64,000 bases of DNA from Octopus vulgaris (lineage: Eukaryota). The stretch spans positions 83,328,001 to 83,392,000 of the forward strand of contig OX597814.1 of assembly GCA_951406725.2 (NCBI GenBank). The letters run 5' to 3'. The position numbers were made by a program, and so were the translations under genes. The notes under the pieces were generated by a model, which saw nothing but the letters and a program-made list of their open reading frames with translations, ran no database searches and was not told where the DNA came from. Shown one piece after another: positions 1 to 12,409 of the stretch; the first letter of the stretch is position 1; every line of letters begins with the position of its first letter.

Positions 1-135
1 GTTCATTTATAACCACATGATTCTGGATTTGATTTCACTGCATAGCACCTTGGGCAATGTCTTCTACTATTGCTTCAGGTTTACTAATACCTTGTGAGTG
101 GAATTTGGTAGAGAGAAATTGTGTAGAAATCAGTT
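1..135 (+). mobile_element. Truncated SINE, family B head (tRNA-like; ...cacctTGGGCAAgTGTCTTCTACTAT...CTTGTGAGTGGATTTGGTAGA)
   Basis: Matches the motif string seen in more than 10 other copies in the window (e.g. 5955, 11633, 15670). Confidence 0.8.
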
Positions 136-561
136 GTATGTGTAGATGTACAGCTTTTGCTAATGTATATTGAGGAAGATAGTGAACATCATTGAAAAAT
201 CTAACATTCTTTGAAGTTCTTTGTGAAATAAAGTTCTTTGCATTGAGTTATTCTTGACATCAGAAATGTTGGAATTCAGTGACTGATTCATTGGAAACCT
301 GTGATAAACAGTACTGGTTTCCAATTAGTAGAATAAAATTATATAATAATAGTAAATAAACCTCATTTGTCTGTTCTTGATTGTTTACTTCTAAGCATAA
401 GCTACAAGTGAATATGTGTCAACCTAAAGGTGGCCCAATAAACTCTAAAATCTGAAAGTGGAGTTATCATTCTTCATCTGCCAAGAAAGTTTACCTTATA
501 AGTTAGTAAGCTGTGAGACTAGATATTTTCAAGGTTTATTTATATTATTAACAGTGGATAT

Positions 562-892
562 GAGCACATGGCTCAGTGGTTAGAGCATCGGACTCACAAT
601 TATGAGGTAGTGAGTTTGATTCCTGGACCAAGCTGTGTGTTGTATTCTTTAGGAAGACACTTTATTTCACATTACTTCAGTTTATTCAGCTGTAGAAATG
701 AGTTGCAACATCACTGGTGCCAAGCTATATCAGCCTCTGCCTTTCCTTGGATAATATTAGTGGTGTGGAGAGGAGAAGATGGTATGCATGGGCAACTGCT
801 GGTCTTCCATAAACAACCTTGCCCAGACTTGTTCCTCAGAGGGTATTTTTCTAGGTGCAATCTTGTGGTCATTCATGACCAAAAAGGGTCTA
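562..892 (+). mobile_element. tRNA-derived SINE, family A, near full length
   Basis: A-box TGGCTCAGTGGTTAGAGC and B-box-like GAGTTTGATTCC. The body is shared with copies at 18530 and 20748. The 568..945 ORF is SINE read-through. Confidence 0.9.
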
Positions 893-2423
893 TGGTTCCA
901 TGTACAAACATATCTGATATACATGAAGCATTGCATTGCCTTTAATTTTCCTTAACTAATTAATTAATGTTTTTGGAAATTTTGTGTTCAGTAGAAGTCT
1001 TGACATCTGAAGAGTTTGGTGTGCAGGGCTGTTGAATCAGGAGGTTGTGTTTTTTCAATTATTGCTGTAGGAAAGATACATTGCTCTTATTGTCCTAATA
1101 TATCTCTGTTGGAAAATAAGGTTCAAGTTAGCAGTTTGAATTCACGTTCATAAGGCTGTTATTATGAAACATCATTCATTTGTAAAATTCTTTGTTTTTC
1201 CAATTCATACAGTTTGGTTAAAAACCATACATTCATTAAAGGAAAGAATGTAAAATCATTCTAGCAAACAATGTTGAAAAGATTTGTATTTAAGTTACTC
1301 TATCATCAATAAATAACAACTATTAGAAAGGGTAATAATGTTTTTATTCAGCACTCTGCTCATTCACCCATATGACAGTGTGCAGACATATACACAAACA
1401 CACAAGCTCCCACCTAGAAACAGAGCATTTTTATTATATAGAACAGACAACACCTTTTGTCGTCATGATACTCACATACAGATATATGCATAAAGATACT
1501 CGTAAATACATACAAATACACAAGCATGTACACTCAATGAATTGTTAGCATTCTAATAGTTACATATATTTATATAAATATAATTTGTATTCAGTACACG
1601 TACACCCAGATGCATATACACAACAACACACGTTGATTTACGTTAACACATAGCCCTGCACATAATGAGAATTGTTTTCAATCACACTATTTGTCTTCAT
1701 GGCACAAACGTGCGCATTCATACTCATGTGCATACACATATATCAAACGTACTTGTCAAACAGCATCACATGCACATATCTATCTATATTCATTATTGTC
1801 ATTATCAGTGGCATCACTATTATTGACAACAATTACAAATTGCTTGCAGTTTACAATGCTTTCATAGAACAGATAACAGGCTTGTTCTTCATGATACACA
1901 CACGCCATATACTCACATGTGCATGGAACCACATTCTCAGATACACAAAATCTCCCTGCCACCACCAATCACCATGTATATATTGATTAGTTCATTGTAA
2001 ACCTAGCTGTTCTGTTCAATAGGTTTGATTAGTTGACGTTCTTGTCGGGACAATGCTGAGGAAAGTAATACAATAAAACTGACACAAACTGAAACTTTGT
2101 CTCTTCAGAGTTGTGTGTATTATGGTGTGTGTGTGTATATGTGTGCTTGGTTAAGTGTTTTGCTGTGGAGAAGTATATATGTTTAGGATGTGTAGCTTTG
2201 GAAAGTGTTTTTGATAGATGTATGTGTATGCTTATAAAAAATATGTGTGTACATTTAATATATGTAATTAAGAATGCAAGTATTTGTGAAGGTTTGAATG
2301 TGTAGGAATCTTTCTGCTAGGTTGCCTGTCTGCTTTCTTGCCACCTACAAGTCATTATAAATGCAAAGGTTTACACTTATACAGAGTGAAGCTGCTTTGC
2401 AGAAATAAACATCAGGTATATAG

Positions 2424-2486
2424 AGCTGTGTGAACGTTTTCCATAATGATCCTACAAAAATCCTGGAGTACATATCCTCTGCTGAG
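2424..2486 (+). CDS. Weak candidate 63-nt coding exon (SCVNVFHNDPTKILEYISSAE)
   Basis: Stop-free 21-codon frame between TAG and a strong donor GAG|GTAAGA. The acceptor has no polypyrimidine tract and I recognise no homology. Confidence 0.2.
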
Positions 2487-2859
2487 GTAAGATGAAACAC
2501 TTTTAACACTTGCATTGTCCTTACATTCACAACCAATTGCAACTTTGCACTACTCTTGTTGGTGAAAGCAAAAGCATAACAATAGCTAGTGTTAAGCCAG
2601 TGAGAAACTTCCATATACTTCTTAACCTACTCTGTATAACCAGAAGCAAAATTACCCTCAGCAAATTTCTAACAAAATTACCTACTTTGAGTCTCTATAT
2701 TTTATAATAAGATGGTTACAGTTGATGTCATGATAAATGAAATTCATTTCAGTATATGCAAAGAAGGCATTACCCAATTGTAACACCAGAGACATCTTGA
2801 GTCTACATATCTATGGTGATGGATTTATAAGTTATCTTAACTATTTGACGTTTAACTCT

Positions 2860-3020
2860 AGGTCTTCCCTGATCAAGCAGACCTGTGGTCAAAGGTAGTT
2901 CAACTTTGGTCATCCTGTCTTTTCTTTTAAGATTATTAGGAGTGATATAAGGAAGATTTGGTTATTATTTCTAGTAGATCAAATATCCTTCAGTAAAGAC
3001 TACTTCTGTAGCTCCTAAGC
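2860..3020 (+). repeat. Unclassified old interspersed repeat (other copies about 28150-28500, 46160-46390, 53930-54145, 58500-58705)
   Basis: Shared degenerate string CTGATyAAgCAGACCT..gTCAAAGg.ATTC.A.C.ATG.CCATCC.GTCTTTT ... GAgggAgATTTGGCTgtT.TTTCTAG. Confidence 0.65.
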
Positions 3021-3395
3021 ATTATCTTTTTCGGTGCCATTAGCCTATCCAAGCCAACCTTGCAAACTCAGCAATAATAAAAGCAACTGGACTTTGCTGA
3101 TTTAATTCCATCATTGATTCTACTTGAATATTAGACAAGTAATTGAATGAGTAACAATTGAGGGCAAGATCTTAATATGAATATAATATAGTCTGTGTCT
3201 GAATTGATGTTTCATAAAATAATAAAAAGTCTTTATTGAAGAATTCCTTTCAGTTTTATCTTCTTTCTCTACTCATTGTTATTATTATCATTGTCATATA
3301 TGAATATTATATGAAAGCAGCTCCCACATAATGTAACAAACTCTATTTTTGTACTGCACCTCCATATTCTGTTTCAATGTTGTTATATACTTTAA

Positions 3396-3611
3396 CCCTT
3401 TAGCATTTAAGCTAGCCATATCAAGCCCTACTATTCTGTGTTATGCTCAAACAGGCCAAATTCACCTTTCACACCTACCCTACACAGGTCATTCTAAAAA
3501 TAAGCAACCACATTATCAAAACCTTGAAGCTACAAAATAATACATGATCAATTCAAAACACTGTAAATCAATAAGCATTACATTTGACAGAGTAATCTGA
3601 ATGCCAAACGG
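3396..3611 (+). mobile_element. piggyBac-type MITE, family 1
   Basis: TTAA on both flanks (3392-95, 3612-15). Imperfect TIR CCCTTTAGCATT...AATGCCAAACGG. Related copies at 23621 and 53154. Confidence 0.8.
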
Positions 3612-4089
3612 TTAATATAAGCAACATCTGTAAAACAGGAATTTATACAGGCCCCTAGATCAAACTGGTCCATATGTTCGGAATACTGAATTTGTGCATC
3701 ACTCACAAGTATTTGATAGGTTACTTCTTTACCAGTGAAGAAAACCTAACGTGGGTTACTTCACAAGAACAATATCACTTACTCACATTGGAAAACATAA
3801 TATAATGTTGAGAATTAAACGAGAATGAACGTAGATGGTAGAGACAGCTATTCTATATAAAGTCATTAAAGAGAAAAGGGTGACAGACACTTCAGCAAGC
3901 TTTTATACTTGAATGTTTAAATAAAATCAGTGGTTGTGTGATAGAAGAGTTGGTGGGAGTTATGTACACATGTCAATGCTATCTAAATAATAGTTTGATA
4001 ATAATCACATTGCCTGTAGATGTTTGTGAATCTGTACACTTACAGAAGAGATGAGCAGATATTCGGCTTATGCATGTGTGTTTTAAGTG

Positions 4090-4121
<32 letters not shown>

Positions 4122-4410
4122 CATACATGTAGAAAAATCTCCATCCACCAATATATGTTTTTAAAATCTCCAAAAACAGAACAAAATTACAATATAGAGA
4201 ATGATTTATGATGCATATTTTCTCACAGAAGTAATGAAAGCAGCCCACTGGTATCATTCATTCATGTCATGTTTCTATTGAAGTGTACAGCATCCCAATG
4301 ATATTATGAAACTGTATGGCAACATAACAGATTGGTCACTTAACACATATGCACAAACATGCACACACACACACAGACATATTATTATTCAAGGTTAAAG
4401 TGGTTAAGTT

Positions 4411-4412
<2 letters not shown>

Positions 4413-4461
<49 letters not shown>

Positions 4462-4560
4462 TATATGGGGGTCAGTTCATTCGATTCAAAATCCTTCTAA
4501 GCATTGGTGCTCCAGCATGGCTGCAGGCTAATGACTGAAACAAGTAAAAGATGATAGATA
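4413..4560 (+). repeat. (CA)n microsatellite followed by a family-B SINE 3' tail
   Basis: CA run, then GGTGCTCCAGCATGGCTGCAG..TAATGACTGAAACAAGTAAAAGA. Confidence 0.85.
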
Positions 4561-4821
4561 AAAGGTTCTAGTTATAGTACACAACATTTCTGTTGTATAA
4601 ATACATTACTTATCAATGTTCTTAAAAGAATAAACACCAAGCTCAACATGTTTTTAAATTTTCAATCAAACTGATAACAGTTACTGATATTTTCCCAATT
4701 CTTCTTAATTAAGAGTTGTATGTTTCAATCTAGAATTAAATATTGAAAGATATAGTGATAGATTGATTTCTTTATCAGGAGCTTCCTTACTGCTTGATGC
4801 ATGATGTGTATGTATATCTAT

Positions 4822-4824
<3 letters not shown>

Positions 4825-4889
<65 letters not shown>

Positions 4890-4910
4890 ATATATATATA
4901 TATATATATA
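4825..4910. repeat. (CT)n-(AT)n compound microsatellite
   Basis: Directly visible. Confidence 0.95.
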
Positions 4911-4911
4911 A

Positions 4912-5300
4912 GCATGGCTTGGTGGTTAGGATGTTACATTCACTAGATCATACATTCAATTCCTGAACTAGGCAGCATGTTATGTTTTTGAGCAAAACTT
5001 TTCACTTTACATTGCTCTGTGGGTTGTAGAGTAGCAGAATTGTTTGTACATTAGTGGAAATGCTTTATGGTATATCTTCCACCTCTCTGCATTCTGAGTT
5101 CAGATCCCACCTGCCTGGAGATGGCAATGGGAAACCACTCCAGTATTCATCCCAAATCTAGTCAGGGTTGCTGAAGTTCTAGCAATTTACTTCATGGTGG
5201 CAGAGGAGTGTACGGGCCCTCCCAGGTTGTATAGAGTGTGCTGAAGAAGATTAACATGCACAGGACCTGCCCAAGAGCAGACCACTGGTAGAGATAGACA
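4912..5300 (+). mobile_element. Composite of SINE fragments (A head, D head) plus an RTE/Bov-A-like segment
   Basis: GCATGGCTTGGTGGTTAGG head, then GTAGCAGAATTGTT..TTCTGAGTTCAGATCCCAC, then GGAGATGGCAATGGGAAACCACTCCAGTATTC. Confidence 0.6.
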
Positions 5301-5954
5301 CACACACATAATTAAGCTGTAAATTCCTGTCTATGAGATAATTAAAAATATGTGGTTGACACTTAAATAATGTAACAGACTTGACAGTATTTTAATAATG
5401 TTTTGAGAAGAATTCATTCTGTATTTAACTGTGAGATCAACGGTTACCATTTACCTTTAGATTTGGAACAATATTTGAACAGATTCAGTATTAAATAGTC
5501 AGAATCTAAATAAATTGTCAACTATTAAGAGTTGACAGTAAAATAGTGTGTAAATTTACAAATACTTCATATCAATTTACTCATTTTGGCAAATTAAATA
5601 TAAATTGAAATTAAAGATAGAATTTCTTTGTTTTTTTTTTTCTTTTTTTCTTATAACAGTTTATAATTCAATGCATCATTACTTAAAGCTTTCCATGACT
5701 GTATTTTTCTTTTTAAAGTACACTGCATTTCATTTCAAATAATATTGAAAATAATGAGGAATTTATGAAAAAAACTGTCATTATTAAGGTGTTGTGTGGT
5801 ACATAAATTAACATGAAATTCTGATGGAAGATTTTAATTTAGATCATTTTAAAACTGGCAGTTTGTATCATAGGACCAAGGGTAGTTTTACGTGGATTGG
5901 CCTTAGTTACATATAATATAGTATTGTTGTTTATAATCCCTTCATTTTAGAAGG

Positions 5955-6352
5955 GATGTGTGATAAGAAGCTTGCTTCCTAGCCACATGGTTCTGGATTC
6001 AGACCCACTGCATGGCAGCTTGGGCAAGTGTCTTCTACAATAGCCGCAGGCTGACCAAAGCCTTGTCAGTAGATTTGGTAGACAGAAACTGAAAGAAGTC
6101 CATTATATATATGTATATATATATATATATTTATGCATGTGTGTCTTTGTCTGTCCCACCACCATCGTTTGACAACTGATATTGATGTGTTTACATTCCT
6201 GTAACTTAGTGGTTCGGCAAAAGAGACCGATATAATAAGTACTAAGCTTACAAAGAATATGTCCTGGGGCTAGTTTCTTTGGCTAAGACCCTTTGAGGCA
6301 GTGCTCCAGTATGTCCACAGTCAAATGACTGAAGCAAGTAAAAAAATAAAAG
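5955..6352 (+). mobile_element. SINE family B, full length with internal (AT)/(GT) tract
   Basis: Head TAAGAAGCTTGCTTCC..CCACATGGTTC; body TAACTTAGTGGTTCGGCAAAAGAGACCGATA; tail CAGTCAAATGACTGAAgCAAGTAAAA. Confidence 0.9.
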
Positions 6353-7115
6353 AATATCTAAAACTGTTTTATCTAGTACACCCCACCACCTTTCTTTTTA
6401 AAAAAACAGTAAGATGTAATTTAGTGAAGATTTACATGCTAATTCTGGTAGATCAAATAACTACATTAAAGGGTCCTTCATAAAATATGTTAAATACTGG
6501 TAGAAACCATCTCCTTACAGATAATTTATGGAGGGATAGAAATTGTACCAGTATGAATGACAGAAAGGAATAGAAATAGCTCAAAAGAATCTTAATTTAC
6601 TTTCTTCAGTTCATATCCTCAACTAAATTAGTAGCTAAATCTTTTTCTCCCATAACCGTATTGCTCCTTAACTCCTTGCTCTTGTTTTTTTTTTTTTTTT
6701 CTGCAAGAGTTTAAAATCAACATTATTAGCTACATAAACATCTAGTTATCCCTGTTTTTCAATATACGAAGGTCTGAGGTCTGAAAAGGTTATGGCCTCT
6801 GTTTAACTTTCCTCTTTGGACTAATTAATATAATCACTTGAAAACAAAAGGACAAGTTTAATCGATATAATTGCCTACTCTCATACATAAGTTAATTGAG
6901 ATAAATGGTTGATGCCTCTCACTTGCAATGCATTCTTTGTATTGACATAGCAGAAATACCTTTCTTCTTAACCCCATGAGACCTAAATACTCTTGAATTA
7001 AGGTTTGAAAAGTAATTAACAGATGTTATTGAAATATAACACGATAAATCTAAATCCTCAGCCTTCAGTTATGGGACATTAAGATATTACATCTTTATTA
7101 TTTAGACAGGAATAA

Positions 7116-7750
7116 GGTGGTGGTGAGCTGGCAGAATTGTTACCACAAAATCTTTAGCAGTAATCTTTCTGACTCTTCAATTTTTGAGTTCAAATTCCAC
7201 TGAGATCAACTTTGCCTTTCATCCTTCCAGTTGTGTACTGAGGTTGATGTAATCAACTCACCTCCTCCCCCAAAATTTCAGGCTTGTGCCTATAGTGGAA
7301 AGAATTATTATCATCATCATTATCATCATCATGAAAGCAGCGAGCTGGCAGGATCATTAGCTTGCTAGGCGAAATGCTTGGTGGTATTTCGTCTGCTACT
7401 ACGCTCTGAGTTCATATTCCACTGATGTCGACTTTGCCTTTCATCTTTTCAGGGTCAATAAATTAAGTGAAGCACTGGTGTCAATGTGATTGACTAGTCT
7501 CCTCCCACCAAATTTCAGGCCTTGTGTCTTTAGTAGAAAGGATTATTATTATTATAAGGGTAGCTGGCTAAAAGAATTGTTATCACACAGGACAAAATGC
7601 TTAGAGGCATTTCTTCCAGTTCTTTATGCTCTGAGTTCAAATGTCACCATGCTCAGTAGTCGGGTGGCAATGAAAGTGATTTCCCCTTCCTCTCAAAAAC
7701 AAAAAAAACAAAAAAAAATGCTGGCCTTGTGCCAAAATTAAAAAGAATAT
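7116..7750 (+). mobile_element. Three head-to-tail copies of SINE family D (about 7116-7310, 7335-7553, 7556-7750)
   Basis: Each starts G(G/C)TGAGCTGGCAGAAT-like and contains TGAGTTCAAATTCC. The first two carry CTTTGCCTTTCATC and end GGCCTTGTGCC...ATTATT. Confidence 0.9.
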
Positions 7751-8012
7751 TTACACAAGAATTGTATTTTTCAAGGGTTAACAATGAAATGATAATTTTT
7801 TTCTTTAATAACATTATTTGCAAAGGTAAATTAATTAATATTGTTAATATTAAAGTATTAGTATTTAGTTTTACCATTTACTACAAATATTAGATAGTTA
7901 CAATTTATTTCATATTTTTTATTTAATTCAATTTGAATGCATTTATCAGTCAGGGTTATTTACACTTTGGTTGTACTTTTTACCAAATTTAGATCTGGAG
8001 CTGAAATTTTTT

Positions 8013-8079
8013 TACTTCATTTATATTAAGTCCCTTCATACATCAACTTCATTTATATTAAGTCCCTTCTCACATCAAC
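8013..8079. repeat. 33-bp tandem duplication (ACTTCATTTATATTAAGTCCCTTC..)
   Basis: Two adjacent near-identical copies. Confidence 0.85.
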
Positions 8080-8887
8080 CCTTTTCTATTCTCCTAGATT
8101 TTTGAGTCCTTGCACCCTTATATAAAATAACTTTTTAGGTAATATGTGTAAATATTTACTAATAACAATTTTATACATAGGCTTCAAAATTATAGGAGTG
8201 GAATGAGATTATATGATATTCATGCCTTTCTTATATTTGTATTAAAATAAAATGAGTTGATTTCAATCAGGAATTGAAACCAAATCACAGGCTTCACTTT
8301 CCAAACAGTTACTGCCTCCTCCATGATAAGCACCTATATATTTAGAAATTATTGATTTCTTATACTGGTACAAAGTCACAAATTTGATATGGGGCAAGGG
8401 TAGCATTATGTGGCATTCATGCCTTTCTGAAGAGTATTTGCAACGTAAGTGAAATTGTATTATTACAACCAGGAAATGAAAGTGTGTTATTGTTGACATA
8501 CCCTCTTCCTCTTCAACACTCACCACATATTTACTAAGATATTGACATAGTAAATCAAACAGATATTTGTGAAGAAATCTTTTTATTTACATTTTGTTTG
8601 CATGTTATTTTTCAGGTATTTGTTGCTTCAGCTATTTATGTCAACAACACTAATAATAATCTTTTCTAAAATAAATATAAACAGTTTTAATTCTCTCCCA
8701 CTCAAGTTTTTTTTCAAATCTTAAATTTAATTCAAAAATATGTATTTTCCATTCACGTTTCAATAAATTCAACATCAGATTTTAGTTGTATTTATAGATT
8801 TTATCTTTCACTCTGTTTTTCTTTATCCCCAAGTGATTGTTTTAAAAAGGAATTACTCTTTCTAGACTCCCCCTACCTTCTTCTCAG

Positions 8888-9054
8888 CTCTTCTTAGCAT
8901 TCATGTGATATTCCAAGCTAGGTTCAGACGTGCCGCTTCACACAAGCATAATTCTAAGCATCTCTTTACTCGTTCAATCGACATCAATTCGATGAGTGTT
9001 AACATTTTCTCGGCGAAAGCTGCTGTACTGAGTGTGTACGAGGTGTGGAGCTAA
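8888..9054. other. CpG-retaining unique segment; candidate exon, strand unresolved
   Basis: About 8 CpGs in 130 bp in a CpG-poor window. On +, polypyrimidine/AG acceptors at 8887 and 8897 with a frame open to TAA at 9052-54. On -, ATG CTA AGA AGA GCT GAG AAG AAG|GTAGGG. Confidence 0.3.
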
Positions 9055-11343
9055 TCACTCTCTCTGTGAGTTCTTCAATACATCTTCATCTGTTTGTTTA
9101 TTTATCTGTTCATTCATTTCATTGACTCTTCCTCTCGTACTACAAATTCTACTACTATTTATACTAATAATACAACAGGTGTTATTATATCAAAGAATTT
9201 ATTCTCATTATTATTGTTTCTGTCTTCATGTCATTTTTGTGATAAAATTAATTTTTTTATAATGTTCACTTTATTGCATTGTTTTTTATTGTTATTTTTT
9301 ATTTATTTATTTTTTTTGGTACTGTGGAAAATACTGAAATTAATTTTTTTTTAGCTGGGTTTAATCAAATAAGTACCAGTAATATACTGAGATATATTCA
9401 CTTGACTATACCCAACCTTTCACACAATTTTGCCTTTTACCTTGTCAAAAACATCATACCAACATTAGTAACATCTTCGTTGTTGTTATTCTCATTATTA
9501 CAAAGAAATCACTAATTATTGTTATTTTCATGTTGTTTTGTTATTTTTAATGCCAACATTTCTGTTACTGCTCTAGTTATTGTACATTTATAGTTCTCAT
9601 GCATGCCGTATTCTATTATTGTCATCATTTACAGTTAAGAGGGGAAAGGGTACGGAAGGGTCCTAGTAAATAGCTTAGCTCTTCGTCCCTTTACACAGCT
9701 ACTTTAATTTTGTTCTTTATATTTTCTTTTTTTTTTAAACCTTTTATTTCAATGCAACTCCATCTCAGTAACCCCATCATTTAATTTGATTATCTGTCAT
9801 CATGACAATCATAATTACCAGTAATGATGATAAAATAATAAAAATAAAATAATAATGATAACACAACACCGACAATGACATTGATAATAATGACTTCTTT
9901 ATAATCTGCCTCAAGGACAGTTGGTAAACAATGTTATGCTATATTTCCCAAAAGCGCTACACAAATAAAAATCATTTAAATACACTGGTGAATGGGTATA
10001 GAAAAATCATCGATCAACAAAAGACAATACAAATCACACCTCTGTCTGTCCCATATACAGAGACAATTAATGACCATGCTCAAACACATACGCATTCACA
10101 TATATATATAAATTAGAAGAATAATTTCTTTATTTTACCCAAAGATTAATATTAATACAGGCATAGGAATACAATGAGAGGGAGAAAATATTTTAGGGTA
10201 AAAAATAATAAAGAATAAAAACAACAAAAAAAACCCAAATGTACAAGCATCGTTAAAATGATGTCTATATATATATGTATATAAATACATAGGTATATGC
10301 ACAATTATGAATATATACACTCATACATAAAATAATTCACATATATATAGATATACATATATCACACACTGACACATCTACAGACACACAGACACACTCA
10401 TAGATGAATACATGTATGTGTGTGTAGTATGTATAAGTGTCCATAAGTATATATATATATATAAATTTGTGTGGTGTATTATATATATATATATATATAT
10501 ATAAATTTGTGTTGTATATTATATGTGTCTATGTGTATGTATATATTTTTATACACACACTTATACATCACACACATAGATATATTCATCTGTGTGTGTG
10601 TGTGTATAATGCATGTATATTATATGTATGTATGCATCAATTTATGTATGCATGTATATATTCATAATTGTGTATATACACTCACATGTCATTTTCACAA
10701 AAACATCATTTATGTGTGTGTGTGTATTATATACATATATATCTGTTATATATAAATATGTATTTAAATATGTATATAATTTTCATATATGCATGTATGT
10801 ACATAAAACTGTGTGTGTGTACAGACATAACAGTATTTTAAAATGATATTAGAAGATTTCTTTATTGAGCATAAGGGCCAAAGATGTGGGGTGGGGTGGG
10901 GGGTAGTGCAAAGATAAAATACACATGAAAACAACAAACAACTAGTGGGAAATTTACAACAAATATAATAATAATTACAACAACAATAATAAAACTGCTA
11001 CTATCCAGAATGTTGTGTTATTCTAGCTACATGGAAATACTTTGTCATTAGAAATGCTTTCCTACCTCTAGACAATGCTCTCATATCACTCAGATCATAG
11101 TCTTAATATCGTTATGCGTTCTCATTTCTTCTTCTGAAGACATGTCCATACCTCTGTTACTCCACACCTGTGCTTTTGAAATTTTTCTCATAAAATGGCT
11201 ACATACACCAGGACACTACTAAGAATGAAGGTGGTTAGAAGAATGGGATGGTTCCATTTCAAACAAGTCACAACTCATTTTGTCCTTAGATTTGTCTGAT
11301 ATAAGTAATATATATCTCATGTGCATGTGTCTGAGAGAGAGAG

Positions 11344-11390
<47 letters not shown>

Positions 11391-11632
11391 TGTGTGTGCA
11401 TGTATATATATGTACATGTGTGTGTGTATGTGTATATATATATATATACGCACACATATATATACACACCCGTATATATACACATACACATATGTGTATA
11501 TATTGTGTGTATGTGTTTGACAGAGTACTACATTCAGTAATTCTTTGGTCATTAAAAAAAAATAGGCATAGACAAATGGCTTGTGAGGGCTGTGCAAGTT
11601 ATGTACAAACATGCAGTAAGTAATACACAACA

Positions 11633-12210
11633 TGGCTATGTGGTAAGAAGCTTACTTCCCAACCACATGATTCCTGGCTTAGTCCTACTGTGTGGTACCT
11701 TGGGAAGTGTCTTCTACTATAGCCCTAGGCCAGCCAAAGGTTTGTGAGTGGATTTGGTAGACAGAAACTGAATAAAACCCTATATGTGTGTGTGTGTGTA
11801 CGTGTGTGTACATGTATGTGTGTGGCTGTGTGGTAAGAAGTTTGCTTCCTAACTACGTAGTTCTAGGTTCAGTCCCACTATGGTGCACCTTGAGCAAGTA
11901 TCTTCTACTATAGCCTTGGGCTGACCAAGGCCTCATGCATGGATTTGGTAAACATGCATGCTGACCAAGGCCTCATGCATGGATTTGTGTGTGTGTGGCT
12001 CTTTGTGTATGTTTTTGACCCCCACCACCACTTGACAACTGGTGTTAGTGTGTTTACATTCCCATAACTTAGTAGTTCAGCAAAAGAGACTGATATAATA
12101 AGTACCAGGCTTTACAAGAAGATAACAAGTACTGGGAGTTTATAAGTTCAACCAAAATTCTTCAAGACAGTGCCACAGCATGGCTGCAGTCTAATGTAAA
12201 AGATAAAAGA
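11633..12210 (+). mobile_element. Two tandem family-B SINEs (head only, 11633-11780; near full length, 11822-12210, with an internal 40-bp duplication)
   Basis: Repeated TGGCTrTGTGGTAAGAAG heads. GCTGACCAAGGCCTCATGCATGGATTTG is duplicated at 11920 and 11960. Confidence 0.9.
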
Positions 12211-12231
12211 TATATATATACACACACACAA

Positions 12232-12294
<63 letters not shown>

Positions 12295-12382
12295 CATATA
12301 TATACATATATATATACACATACATATATATATACATATATATACACATACATATATATACATATATACACACACATACACA
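12210..12382. repeat. (AT)n/(CA)n compound microsatellite
   Basis: Directly visible. Confidence 0.95.
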
Positions 12383-12409
12383 CTTTCTTGCAACCTATAC
12401 AAGCAGATA

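Noticed and set aside
562-630. tRNA-like sequence with A and B boxes
   Set aside because: SINE head that continues into the SINE body; no intact cloverleaf acceptor stem.
568-945. 125-aa ORF and similar ORFs at 18475, 20692 and 20883
   Set aside because: They lie within family-A SINE copies, and the frames are not conserved between copies.
1330-1442. Minus-strand TCTATATAATAAAA resembling a Helitron 5' end
   Set aside because: No matching 3' hairpin/CTRR end or second copy could be established.
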